From assembly GCA_964016885.1 (NCBI GenBank), contig OZ024742.1, positions 38,440,001-38,504,000 on the forward strand: a stretch of DNA of 64,000 nt. The letters are read 5' to 3'. The DNA is from Eledone cirrhosa (lineage: Eukaryota). The position numbers and the translations under genes are program-made. Positions 52,076 to 64,000 of the stretch are shown here, in pieces; within the stretch, counting starts at the first letter, position 1, and every line of letters starts with the position of its first letter. The notes under the pieces were generated by a model. It did no database searches. It was given only the letters and a program-made list of their open reading frames with translations, and was not told the origin of the DNA.

Positions 52076-54237
52076 TAGAAGTGGTTACACAACAGTTAGT
52101 TCACCATAACGAGAACAATTGTTTCAGCTGGGGATGTGTATGGTTATAGGAATAGGAAGGACAACCGTGCGAACGCGCATGCGCAGAAACTCGGTCACTT
52201 CACACAGGCAATACTAGACTGCGTGCGGGGGGTGTAAGGGAGATAACTGCGAAAGTCCGGAAAGTTTTTAGGTTGAAAATAAAATTTAAAAAATGTTAAA
52301 TAAAATTACAAAGAATCAGTCCGGAGCCTTGTAGTTATGCAATAGATGTTTGGTGACGTGTGGACAACGTGTGAAAAATTCACTTCTCGTGTTTAGGCAA
52401 TCACTATTGCATAATCTCTTTAGGATAGATATTCGTTCGTCAATACATAAGCCACACGTCGGATTTCCCCTTTCGTATGGCTTGGACTTAGTGATGGCTT
52501 TCCATTGAATGGAGTAGCCTATACTTGAGTCCTTGAGAGACCATACGTGGCACGCGAGTCTCGTGGATGAACGTCTGTCCGGGTATCTGAAGGTAGACTG
52601 GTGGTTCAGGAAACGCTCCTTGAATTGGCCCTCCGCCATGCCCACATAGGATTTGACCTCCTGTGGTTCGTTTGGTCGGTTGGAAGTGACCACAGCTTCA
52701 TAGATTACAGCTGGTGTGTTGTATTGCTGTTGAAGGGGGCAAGCTTCAGGCTTACGGCAAGAGCACCCTGGTGGGGTGTTGCTCCTAGGGCTGCTGGTGA
52801 TGTGGGCCTTCATGTTCTTAGCGCAGGAGTATCCTAGTTTAACTTTGTGTCGGTTAAAGATGGAGCGGTATTTATGACCTATGGGGAAGTGTCTATCTAA
52901 GAGGGCTAGAAATTTTTTTCCTACATTGGTTTTATCGTTGAGTGAGAAGGGAGGAGAGAACCAGATAGTTTGTCTATTGATGCGCTTACTTTTCTTAATG
53001 GTGTTGTTGCTAGTGGGAGAGTAGGTGGTAAGTTGTGAGAAGCCGCTGTTAGCCAACGCCATGTTATAGTAGGGTGCCGCCCTGTCAAAGATAGCCTTAT
53101 TAGAGGAGAGGTTTCAGATTCTAGTACTGATATTCTTAACGAAGTTTCTAAAAACAGTGGGAGGGTGGCATGAGTCCTTGTGAATGTAATTAAGTTTCTC
53201 GTTTAGCTTATGGAAGGGTCTGTGGGTGTGGGTGCGAAGGTCTAAATTAATGTCTAAAAAATCTACACTAGAGAGGTTGGTAGCTACTGTTATCCTAAGG
53301 CCTAACTCATTGAAGGTAGAAGCTAAGTCTTTTTTAAACCGGTCGAGGTCGTGACCACTTTTATGGCTCGATAAAGTCAGTCCATCGTCGCGGTATATTC
53401 CAATGTGGAAGTCCGGGAATCTAACACGTAATATGTCTAAGATAAAAAGGCCAACAAGTCACATACATCAGCACTGTCAAACAATCCCATGGAGACGTCG
53501 AACAGGTCTGAAGATGTAGACTTCTTTGCCCAGGCTACTCCGTTGTTGAAGAGGAGGTTTTTCCGGCAGTGAGCGATGATTTCCCTGTCTAATATGTATA
53601 TGTATATATCAAGGAGCGTTTCCTCAACCACCAGTCTACCTTCAGATACCCGGACAGACGTTCATCCACGAGACTCGCGTGCCACGTATGGTCTCTCAAA
53701 GACTCAAGTATAGGCTACTCCATTCAATGGAAAGCCATCACTAAGTCCAAGCCATACGAAAGGGGAAATCCGACGTGTGGCTTATGTATTGACGAACGAA
53801 TATCTATCCTAAAGAGATTACGCAATAGTGATTGCCTAAACACGAGAAGTGAATTTTTCACACGTTGTCCACACGTCACCAAACATCTATTGCATAACTA
53901 CAAGGCTCCGGACTGATTCTTTGTAATTTTATTTTTAATTTTTTAAATTTTATTTTCAACCTAAAAACTTTCCGGACTTTCGCAGTTATCTCCCTTACAC
54001 CTCCCGCACGCAGTCTAGTATTGCCTGTGTGAAGTGACCGAGTTTCTGCGCATGCGCGTTCGTACGGTTGTCCTTCCTGTTCCTATAACCATACACATCC
54101 CGAGCTGAAGATCCGCGAAGGTGAAACAATTGTTCTCGGTATGGTGAACTAACTGTTGTGTAACCACTTCTACTTAACTCGTCCCTTGGACTGAGTGCTC
54201 TACCACTACGGATATTACCTTCCAGTGTCCCACCACT
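52076..54237. mobile_element. Penelope-like element: minus-strand RT/GIY-YIG part (52076-53590) plus inverted 3' copy (53608-54237)
   Basis: YRDD and FLD on the minus strand; CSC..CPL..VIYEA..YVG..RFLNH; long inverted repeat. Confidence 0.88.
54100..54139 (+). ncRNA. Minimal type I hammerhead ribozyme
   Basis: ccgag CTGAAGA tcc-gcgaa-ggt GAAA caattg TT ctcgg, with a palindromic stem III. Confidence 0.75.
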
Positions 54238-54244
54238 ATATATA

Positions 54245-54284
<40 letters not shown>

Positions 54285-54342
54285 GTAATTCTGTCGGAAA
54301 AGTCCAGGAAAAAAGAGTGCTCTATGTAGGTAACAGAGCTTA

Positions 54343-54469
54343 ATAGTTATGTAATAAACAACATAAGGCAATTATTCCATTTACCAGTGGTTTCTTGAAA
54401 GCAAAATATTTTGCTTTTAAGAAACCACTGGTAAATGGAATAATTGCCTTATGTTGTTTATTACATAAC

Positions 54470-54472
<3 letters not shown>
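54343..54472. repeat. 130-bp spacerless palindrome
   Basis: Centre gcaaaatattttgc; one mismatch seen. Confidence 0.9.
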
Positions 54473-54500
<28 letters not shown>

Positions 54501-54579
54501 ATATGTGTGTGTGTGTATATATATATATATTTATATATATATATATATATATGTGTGTGTTTATATATGTATACATATG

Positions 54580-54658
<79 letters not shown>

Positions 54659-54954
54659 GTATATATATATATGTATGTATATATATGTATATATATGTAT
54701 GTATATATATGTATATATATATATGTATATATATATGTATATATATATATGTATATATATATATGTATATATATATATGTATATATATATATGTATATAT
54801 ATATGTATATATATATATGTATATATATATGTATATATATATATGTATATATATATGTATATATATATATGTATATATATATGTATATATATATATGTAT
54901 ATATATATGTATATGTATATATATGTATGTATATATATATATGTATATGTATAT
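54473..54954. repeat. (TA)n/(TATG)n low-complexity array; many similar tracts across 47.1-61.5 kb
   Basis: Read directly from the sequence; source of the spurious YI-repeat ORFs. Confidence 0.95.
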
Positions 54955-55392
54955 CAACTCTGGATGTCGGTGAGCATGTCCAGCTAGCCTCAGTCTCCTC
55001 TGTGTCACTTTTGAGCTGACTTTTGGGATGCTCCCATACAGCTCTGAGTTTTTCATCCTCAGTGTATACTGATTAATGTTCAGAGCCATCCTCAGCATTC
55101 TCGTGTAGCACCCATCCACCATCTGAGTGAGTTTCTTGGTCAGTGTCCAAGTCTCAGACCCATACAGCAGCACAGACTCCACTACAGCAATGAAGAGTTG
55201 ACATTGCACTCAGTGCTCCTTTGGGAGCCCCTACATGGACACACTAGAAGAGGAAGACCAAGGTTAACGTATGTTGATGCCCTAAGGACAGACACTGATC
55301 TGTTAGAGACGCAGGACATGGCAGCGATAATGAGGGACAGAGACCGATGGAGAGAACTCGTCCATGGATCTCGGGAATTTTACCCGCCTTAG
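54955..55392. mobile_element. 5'-inverted (twin-primed) copy of the LINE 3' end
   Basis: 54955-55196 is the inverse of ~58336-58579; 55193-55392 matches ~58572-58770. Confidence 0.85.
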
Positions 55393-55446
55393 AAAATATA
55401 TATGTATATATATGTATATGTATATATATGTATGTATATATATATG

Positions 55447-55479
<33 letters not shown>

Positions 55480-55674
55480 GTATATATATGTATATGTATA
55501 TGTATATATGTATATGTATATGTATATATATATAAACACACAAATATATGTGAGTCCTAGGGTAACTACAGTAAATAAGGTACTCAATACATTAGTAGAG
55601 TCTATATAACAAATGAAGATGCCGTTAAGGGTGAAAGCAGCGATTCTTTGCTTAAACTTTAATCTGTTATTTTA

Positions 55675-55713
<39 letters not shown>

Positions 55714-55718
55714 TATAG

Positions 55719-55755
<37 letters not shown>

Positions 55756-55875
55756 TATAGATATATATTTATATATATATATTTATATATATATTTATAT
55801 ATATATTTATATATATATTTATAGATATATTTATATATATATTTATATATATATTTATTTATATATATATTTATA

Positions 55876-58785
55876 TTCGAACGCTGGAGAAGAGAGAGGA
55901 GTTGGGACATCTGTTCGAGGAGAGTGGTATACAGATACTTGCGATCCAAGAACACAGGATTCTACATGATGAGCCCGTGAGGAGTGTGATGATCGGGAGG
56001 AAGAGCCAGCTCATCACTACATCGGCAGTGAAGAACACAACAAATGCTGCAGTAGGAGGAGTGGGTTTTGTGTTCAGTGCAAAAACCAATCTGTTGATGA
56101 GGGAAATAATGCCTATCTCCCCGCGAGTGTTGAGGGTGACCTTCAATGGAAACCCAAGACTGACAGTCATCTCAGCCTATAGTCCAACCGAGGGGGACAG
56201 TGATGTGAATGCCGAGGAGTTCCATGAGGAGGTGTGTGGAGCTGTCAACACCACTCAGGCACACAATATCCTGCTTGTTTTGGGGGACTTCAATGCACAT
56301 CTGAGTAAGGAGGGCAGTGAAGATCCTTGCTGGTACTTCCATAACAACACCAACCGAAATGGAAGACTACTGAGAGACACCCTGCTGGAGGCGAACTTGA
56401 TGGTGACCAACCTAAGGTTTAGGAAGAATCTGGGGAAGATGTGGACCTACATCTCAGATGTGCACCTGTCCAAGTCCCAGATTGATTTCATTCTGGTGAG
56501 GAAAAAGTGGCAGAATAGTGTTCTGAACACGGAACCAGACAGCTATTTCAGTACACTGGGTAGTGACCACCGGCTTGTTATGAGTGAGGTCCGCGTGAGC
56601 TTAAGAAAGAGCAAGGCTCAGCCCCGGAGAACAATCTATGACTGGGGAGCTTTCAAGGAAGATGATAAGCTACAGGAGAGGTTCACAGTGGAAGTGAGAA
56701 ACAGGTTTAGTGCTCTGTGTGGAGAGTCAGAGGAGAGAGAGATTGGATGGACTGAGGAGAGTGTGACGAGGAGGTACGGGCACTTCACCAATGCAGTGGC
56801 GAAAGCAAGTGAAACCCTGGTGCCGAGGAAAAAGAACAAAGGGAAGCACATCAGCTCTGCAAACCCAAAAGTGTGTGCAGCCAGAGAACACCTGAAAGCT
56901 GCCAGGGACCAATTCTATGCTGATCCTACGGAGGAGAGGATGGAGACTGTGGAGGTGATGAGGGAAGAGCTCTGTACCGCTTACACTGAGGTCAGAGAGG
57001 AGGCACTGATAGAGAAGATCAGAAGTGTGGAGAGAGCGGTTGACAGATCTGGATGTAAGGAGAGCTGGATGATCATCAACGAGATCACAGGGAGGAAGAA
57101 AAGGTGTTCGAGTCAGATCCAGGGAACGGGGCCCGAGGATAGGAAGAGGAAATGGCTAGACCATTTTAGGACCCTACTAGGAGAGCCACCCTCCACATCC
57201 CAGAGCACTGGGGAGATCAGGCGGCTGTTTGAGGAACTGGATGTTGAGACAGAGCCCTTCACCAGAGAGGAGCTTCAGAGAGCCAAGAAGAAGATCAAGG
57301 AGGGCAAGGCTCATGGAGAAGATGGAGTGGCATCAGAGGTGATGAAGAGGTGTGATTTTGATGATATCATCCTGGGGTTCTGTAACGGGGCACTGGAGAA
57401 AGGAGTTGCCCCGAATCAGTGGAGGATCAGTAACATCGTCCCAGTGCCAAAGAAGGGAGATCTCTCTAACACCAACAACTACCGGGGGATCTCACTGACG
57501 TCACTTGTGGCAAAGACCCTCAACAGGATGATTCTTAACAGGATCCAGCCTGAGATGGAGAAGAAGCTCAGGGACAACCAGAACGGCTTCAGAGAGGGTA
57601 GATCAACCACCAGTCACATCATGATGCTGAGGAGGATATTAGAGGGAGCTAGAGCAAAGTGCCTTCCTGCGGTCATGGTTTTCATTGACTTTAGGAAGGC
57701 CTTTGATTCTGTGGACCGTTACTGCCTGATGAAGATCTTACAGGCTTATGGAATCCCCAAGAGGATAGTGGACCTGATATCATTGCTCTACACCAACACC
57801 AAAGCCCAAGTCATTACACCTGATGGGATGACAGAGTTCTTTGAGATACTGGCTGGAGTGCTCCAGGGAGATACATTGGCTCCCTACCTTTTTGTCATCG
57901 TAGTGGACTATTGTATGCGCCTTGCACTGGAGAAACACCAGGACTCTGGCTTTACTGTAGCACCGGCTCAGAGCAGGAGAGTTGGGGCGAAAAAGGTATC
58001 GGATGCTGAATTTGCCGACGACATAGTTTTGGTGACAAATACAGTGAAGGAGGCAGAGGATTTGATGCGGGAGGTTGAGACTGTGTCGATGAGTGTGGGG
58101 GCTGAGAATGAATGAGACTAAAACAAAATATCTGGTAGAGAATGTTGAGAAGCCAGAGGGAATCACTAATGTAGGCGGGAAGCCGCTGGAATTGGTTGAG
58201 GACTTCCTGTATTTGGGAGCAAAGATTGGGAATACGGAGGATGATGTGGTTGAGAGGAAGAGCAAGGCCTGGGCGGCATGTCACAGCTTGAGATCGGTGT
58301 GGAAGTCGGACCTTCGTAAAGACCTGAAAATCCGCCTCTTCATTGCTGTGGTGGAGTCTGTGCTGCTGTATGGGTCTGAGACTTGGACACTGACCAAGAG
58401 ACTCACTCAGATGGTGGATGGGTGCTACACGAGAATGCTGAGGATGGCTCTGAACATTAATCAGTATACACTGAGGATGAAAAACTCAGAGCTGTATGGG
58501 AGCATCCCAAAAGTCAGCTCAAAAGTGACACAGAGGAGACTGAGGTTGGCTGGACATGCTCACCGACATCCAGAGTTGACATTGCACTCAGTGCTCCTTT
58601 GGGAGCCCCTACATGGACACACTAGAAGAGGAACACCAAGGTTAACATATGTTGATGCCCTAAGGACAGACACTGGTCTGTTGGAGATGCAGGATATGGC
58701 AGCGATAATGAGGGACAGAGACCGCTGGAGAGAACTCGTCCATGGATCTCGGGAATTTTACCCGCCTTAGATAGATAGATAGATA
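55876..58785 (+). mobile_element. RTE-like LINE (APE + RT), one frameshift near 58100
   Basis: LAIQEH, GDFNA, QIDFIL, SDH; NYRGISL, QGDTLAP, FADD, FLYLG; the stop runs directly into a (TAGA)n tail. Confidence 0.9.
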
Positions 58786-58859
58786 TATATATATATAGTT
58801 ATGTAATAAACAACATAAGGCAATTATTCCATTTATACATATTTATATATATATTTAAC

Positions 58860-59204
58860 ATCATCATCATCATCATTTCATTTTACGTCCGCTTTTTTCC
58901 TGCTTGCAAGGGTGGGACGGGAACTGATTTTGGCTTGAATTTTACAGCTGGATGCCCTTCCTAACACCAACCTTATTTACAGTGAGTGCTGGGTGCTTTT
59001 TTGCCACGGCACCTACACGACCATTTTGCAGTGGAATGATATGGACCCCAGTACCTATCATCTTATTTCTACAGCCGAGTAAACTGGAGCAATGTGAAAT
59101 AAAGTGTCTTGCTCAAGGAAACAACACATCACCCGGTCTGAGAATTGAACTCACAACCTTTCGATTGCAAGGCCAATGCTCTAACCACTAAGCCATGTGC
59201 CTCC
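58860..59204 (-). mobile_element. SINE family B, full length
   Basis: Reverse complement of 50359-50694. Confidence 0.88.
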
Positions 59205-59208
59205 ATTG

Positions 59209-59243
59209 AAAAATATGGAACGCTTCACGAATTTGCGTGTCAT
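59209..59243 (-). pseudogene. U6: U6 snRNA 3'-terminal fragment
   Basis: Minus strand ATGACACGCAAATTCGTGAAGCGTTCCATATTTTT is the conserved metazoan U6 3' end. Confidence 0.9.
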
Positions 59244-59419
59244 TTATATATATATATTTATATATTATATATATATATTTATATATATATTTATATATAT
59301 ATATTTATATATATATATTTATATATATATATTTATATATATATATTTTTATATATATATATTTATATATATATATTTATATATATATATTTATATTTAT
59401 ATATTTATATATATATATA

Positions 59420-60128
59420 TAGATTTATTAGGGTAAATATTGATGCAATTCAATTCAAGCACTCAACGTACTTTTTCCACATAGGAGTGATGGAGTAAAT
59501 ATCGAATAAGGAAAAGCGAAGTAGTTTCAGATGTTCAAGTCCTTTAATAATAATGCTGTGATATATATTTCAATGACGACACTGGCCACACTGTTCTGTG
59601 TGCGAGTGTCGTGTCATCATCAGACAGTTTATTTTCCCTTATGAGTTGATGGTCAGTCTTGCTGTCAACGCTTAGTGAAAGGTAGTATTATGACCTATAA
59701 AAACTAACACCCTCCCATCCCCTCTGGCTTTCGGCTGACTGCCACAGTCGTGATGGGTAGCAGTAAACTTTGGTAGGGCATAAGTGGGCCATTGTTTTGG
59801 CTGAGAGGGTGAACTGACAGCGAATTTCGTTGAAATCTGCGGTGGCTAATGGTCAACTTCCTTCGGACATGCGCTTGCGCAGACCGGTGGGGGTGAATTG
59901 GTACTCACAGGGGAACGGATGAAAAACCCAAAAGCACGAACTTCATCCGTTCCCATGTCGATTCAATTTGGATTGCCTCAGAAACAACCTTATTATGTAA
60001 CAAGCTGTCTGATGATGACACGACACTCGCACACAGAACCGTGTGGCCAGTGTCGTCATTGAAATATATATCACAGCATTATTATTAAAGGACTTGAACA
60101 TCTGAAACTACTTCGCTTTTCCTTATTC
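59420..60128. mobile_element. Non-coding PLE-type unit with two divergent hammerheads in inverted repeats
   Basis: Arms 59504-59627 and 60005-60128. Confidence 0.7.
60004..60077 (+). ncRNA. Type I hammerhead ribozyme (inverse copy at 59555-59627)
   Basis: gctgt CTGATGA, long stem II (cgacact/agtgtcg), GAAA tatata TC acagc. Confidence 0.8.
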
Positions 60129-60162
60129 TATATATATATTTATATATATATATATATATATA

Positions 60163-60670
60163 TAAGGATGACAGCTGCATAAAAAGGTGCAGAGCACTAG
60201 AAGTTGATGGAAACCGCGGAGTGGGGAGACCCAAGATGACTTGGGATGAGGTGATAAAAGCCGACCTTACCCAACTACACCTCTCAAAGTCAATGACACA
60301 CGACCGTGACTTCTGGCGTCACGCAGTAATACAGGGTACCCGACCTCCCATGGGTACATGCTGAAGCATATAAACAATATGCCCCCCCCCCCCCCCCACC
60401 GCAAGGTGGTCGTGGAGGTGCCACGGCAAAAAAGCACCCAGCCCACACTGTAAAGTGGACGTGTAGGCGCCACGAAAAAGCACCCAGCACTCACTGTAAA
60501 TGAGGTTGGTGTTAGGAAGGGCATCCAGCTGTAGAAATCAAGCCAGATCAGTTCCTGTATGAGCAAGGCATGGTCAGCCGACCAGACACTGCCCACAACA
60601 GGACAACCCGTCTAACCCATGCTAGCGTGGAAGAACGGACGTAAAACGGTGATGATGATGATGATGATGA
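60163..60670 (+). mobile_element. RTE 3' fragment
   Basis: Near-identical to 18400-18911. Confidence 0.9.
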
Positions 60671-60694
60671 TATATATATATATATTTATATATA

Positions 60695-60743
<49 letters not shown>

Positions 60744-60756
60744 TTATATATATATT

Positions 60757-60853
<97 letters not shown>

Positions 60854-61280
60854 TAATAATAATAATAAATTTGAAGACTAAAATCCAAAGAGGGCTCGAT
60901 AAGGATAAATATATATCAAATATATAAGAACCGTAGAGCAAAAAGGAAAAGGTTAGTTTCAGAAGATCCCGTTAAGGGTGAAAGCGGCGATTCTTTGCTT
61001 AAACTTTAATCTGTTATTTTAATAAATATATATATTTATATATGCAAAAGTTCTATTTAAAATTGTTGGGATACAACAAGTAAATATTTTATAACTGATA
61101 TAAAGCACTCGACAAGTTTTTGGAGTAGATATACGATATTAATAAATGGAAACTATATTTATAAAACCATATTTATTTCATTATACATATTTCAGGGATA
61201 CCAAATTAAAATATGGTATGCCTTCATCAGACAAAATACAATATATAAACAGTTTTATAAATAATTTTGACACTGTTTAT

Positions 61281-61356
61281 ATATTGTATTTTGTCTGATG
61301 AAGGCATACCATATTTTAATTTGGTATCCCTGAAATATGTATAATGGAATAAATAT
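61281..61356 (+). ncRNA. Type I hammerhead ribozyme (inverse copy at ~61168-61243)
   Basis: atattgtattttgt CTGATGA aggcatacca..tggtatccct GAAA tatgta TA atggaataaatat. Confidence 0.75.
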
Positions 61357-61981
61357 GGTTTTATAAATATAGTTTCCATTTATTAATATTGTATATTTAT
61401 ATATATATATATATATATAATGTGTGTGTGTGTATGTATGTATACATATTAATATATATATGTATGTATACATATTTATAGATACATATGTATGTATATA
61501 TACATATTTAAATATTCATATATATTTAAATATTCATATAACTAACCAATAGTTTTATTGCTCTACATGGCTGAATACAAGAAATGTAAATCTGAGTTTT
61601 TCGACTATTAATAATAATATTTGATTCGTTTGCAATTATGCAAACAGCCTCTTAAGCCATGTGAGTAGAATGCCCTTCTCAGTTTTGCTCTTGTGTTAGC
61701 ATATAAACAGAACGGTAGACACTAATGTACCATATACTGTTTATCTGCCAACTGTCAGAGCTAGTGAAAATATGATATTTTCTGAAATATACTGTAACTG
61801 ATTGGCCTGATTTGCATATTACAGACTGCCTGATCAATCAGATCTGCATGTTAGCAGACCCACTGATCAGCCAGATTTGCATATCAGCAGATAGGCTAAT
61901 CAGTTTTATGTATGCAAGCAATTATTGCAAAGATTATCATGTTGCTGTGCTTGATGACGTTAGTAACGTCATTTATATAAA

Positions 61982-62137
61982 TAATTGTTTCTACTTTAGG
62001 CCAACAATTACCCAGTGCATTATTCTATCGACCCCGTAAGGATGAAAAGCAAAGTCAACCTCGGCGGGATTTGAACTCAGATTATAAAGGGACGTAACTA
62101 TGCTGGGAAGCATGGCGTCCGACCCTCTACCGATACT
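61982..62137 (-). mobile_element. SINE A inserted in a CR1-like LINE
   Basis: TSD gtcatttatataaataat. Confidence 0.8.
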
Positions 62138-63200
62138 GTCATTTATATAAATAATGAAAAGAAGTGGGCCCAACACAATGCCTTGTGGAACGCCACTAGT
62201 GACTTTGGCTGGGCTTGATTGCACTTCTTCGACTATAGCATGTTGGGCTCTGTTTGACAGGAAACACTTGATCTATTGCAGCAACTTTCCAGAGACACCA
62301 ATGTTGGATATTTTTTTAGTAGAATGTTGTGATCAACCCTGTGAAAAGCCTTGCTGAAATCAAGGTATATGACACTAATGCTGGAGCCCTTTCCCAAAGC
62401 TCTTAAAATGTCATGAGAGATGCAGGAGCTGCGTTAGGTGGTTCTTTCCATTACAGAACCCATGTGCAGCAGATTGTTGCTTTCAAGAAAGTGAATTATT
62501 TGTGATCTCACCATCTTCTCAAATAATTTAATGATATGAGGGTTGAGTGAGATTGGACAGTAATTCACTGCAAGAGACTTGTTTCCCTTTTTGAAAACTG
62601 GGACGGAATGTTTTCAGGTATATAGCCAGCATCCAGTGAGTTCCTCCACAGATTTGCTAGAGGAGATGCAAGTTGGTGTTGACACACCTTCAGGACACTA
62701 GCAGGAAACCTATCGGGGCCTACTACTGTGTTGTGCTTAATTTTGACATCAGGGGCTCCAAACGTTATGTCCGATAAAGTGTGTTTGGCATTAACATCAC
62801 TGATACAGCCCAGGTCAGCCTTATCAAGATTGCTGAAAACGGAGCAGTATTGTTTCTGCAGTCTCTCACCCATGATTTTAGCATTGTCTTGGAGAGTGCA
62901 AATGAAAAGAAGACTTTGAGAATGAGTTTGATCTTCTTAATAATCCATTTCTCCTCAGCTGTTCTTTGGTTATTAATGATGGTCTTCATACATTGTTGGA
63001 GATTATATTCTTTTGATTTGTGTAGTGAATGTGTGTGTTGCTGTTGGCAGTATTTTAGTTTGTTGATTTTTTTTGATTTTTTCTTATAATAGTTTTTCTG
63101 TTTTAGGGGATTCTGCACTTAGTTTTGTTCACAGATCTTGGTGTATTGATAGAAGGGCTGACTCATTGTATATTGAATAGAAATGTTTAGGCTAGAGTAG
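62138..63200 (-). mobile_element. Degenerate CR1/L2-like LINE RT fragment
   Basis: VTSGVPQGIVLGPLLFIIYIND, YLDFSKAF, GPDRFPASVLK; many frameshifts. Confidence 0.75.
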
Positions 63201-64000
63201 TGGCTGGTTTTGACTGTTTCAAGGGGCTTGCTTTGTTTTTGCTTGTTAGTGACAGCAATGTGGGGAATTGGTGCACTGAGATAATAGCAGAGGATGGTGT
63301 TGTGTGATAGCTAGTTTTTTTTGTATGTCTTTTGTCTGGTTCATCATGGCTAAAAAGGAGTTTTCTTGTTTAGGGAGCAGTTGTTGACTGGAGGTGTGGT
63401 TGCACTGTTGGATAAGGTTATAGTTTCCACTTTTGGTTGTGTTTTTGTTTTTATACCTTTGTGAAAATTCTGGACCAGCATTACTACAGCAGGGGGTGAT
63501 TTTACTGTGGGTTAGGTGTTGGCTTGGGGCCCTATTTCTATTAGTGCATTGTGACCCTGGAAGATGACTGAAGGGGCAGTCACACTGCAATCATAGTCTC
63601 CCGCATTGAGATTACCAACAAATTTTAGGATTCCGAGTTGCACGTATTTTAGCGTTTAATTTAGTATTTGCTGGTAGTGTTCATATGAATTGTGTGTCTC
63701 GTCCCAGGTAGATACATGAAGATGCAGTGAATGCATGTACAGAACCACTGGCGTAGTGAATATTGGCATATTTTGGGGTTTCTTGTTTGGGCTGTGGAGG
63801 TGGGGGCCATTCTGCTTCATAGATTTTGACAAGTTTTTCATAAAACTGTAGGATTGAGGTGGAGATAAGGGAAAGAAAGCAGTGGCTTATTATTAGTTGA
63901 GGTGGTAGAAATGTTAATAGTAGTAGCAGTAGAAGATGATAATGATGATAATTGTGGTAGTCACACTGATGAGTAAATCCTTTATTGTGTTGAAATTTAG

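Noticed and set aside
60960-60998. Hammerhead-like remnant (also at 55613-55650)
   Set aside because: The core is mutated (CAGAAGA/ATGAAGA) and stem I is missing; not called functional.
47130-61473. Many ORFs rich in Y/I/C/V/M
   Set aside because: They are translations of (TA)n/(TG)n microsatellites.

Overview
Eukaryotic, AT-rich, repeat-dominated DNA. The SINE, Penelope and (TA)n landscape points to an octopus or other coleoid cephalopod (inference). Host coding sequence is sparse: a TRAF-type RING exon (-), a probable Ric-8 first exon (+), and a two-exon spliced gene derived from a Merlin/IS1595 transposase whose 7.9-kb intron is full of nested retroelements. That gene is a candidate domesticated transposase and the top finding. 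The rest is nested mobile DNA: a Gypsy element lacking a capsid, two non-autonomous LTR elements and a solo LTR, several Penelope-like elements (PLEs) with about 10 hammerhead ribozyme motifs, RTE, Dong/R4, CRE-like, Tx1-like and CR1 LINE pieces, a Chapaev3-like remnant, two tRNA-derived SINE families and a U6-SINE chimera. Family names come from recalled motifs, not database searches, and the ends of degenerate repeats are approximate.
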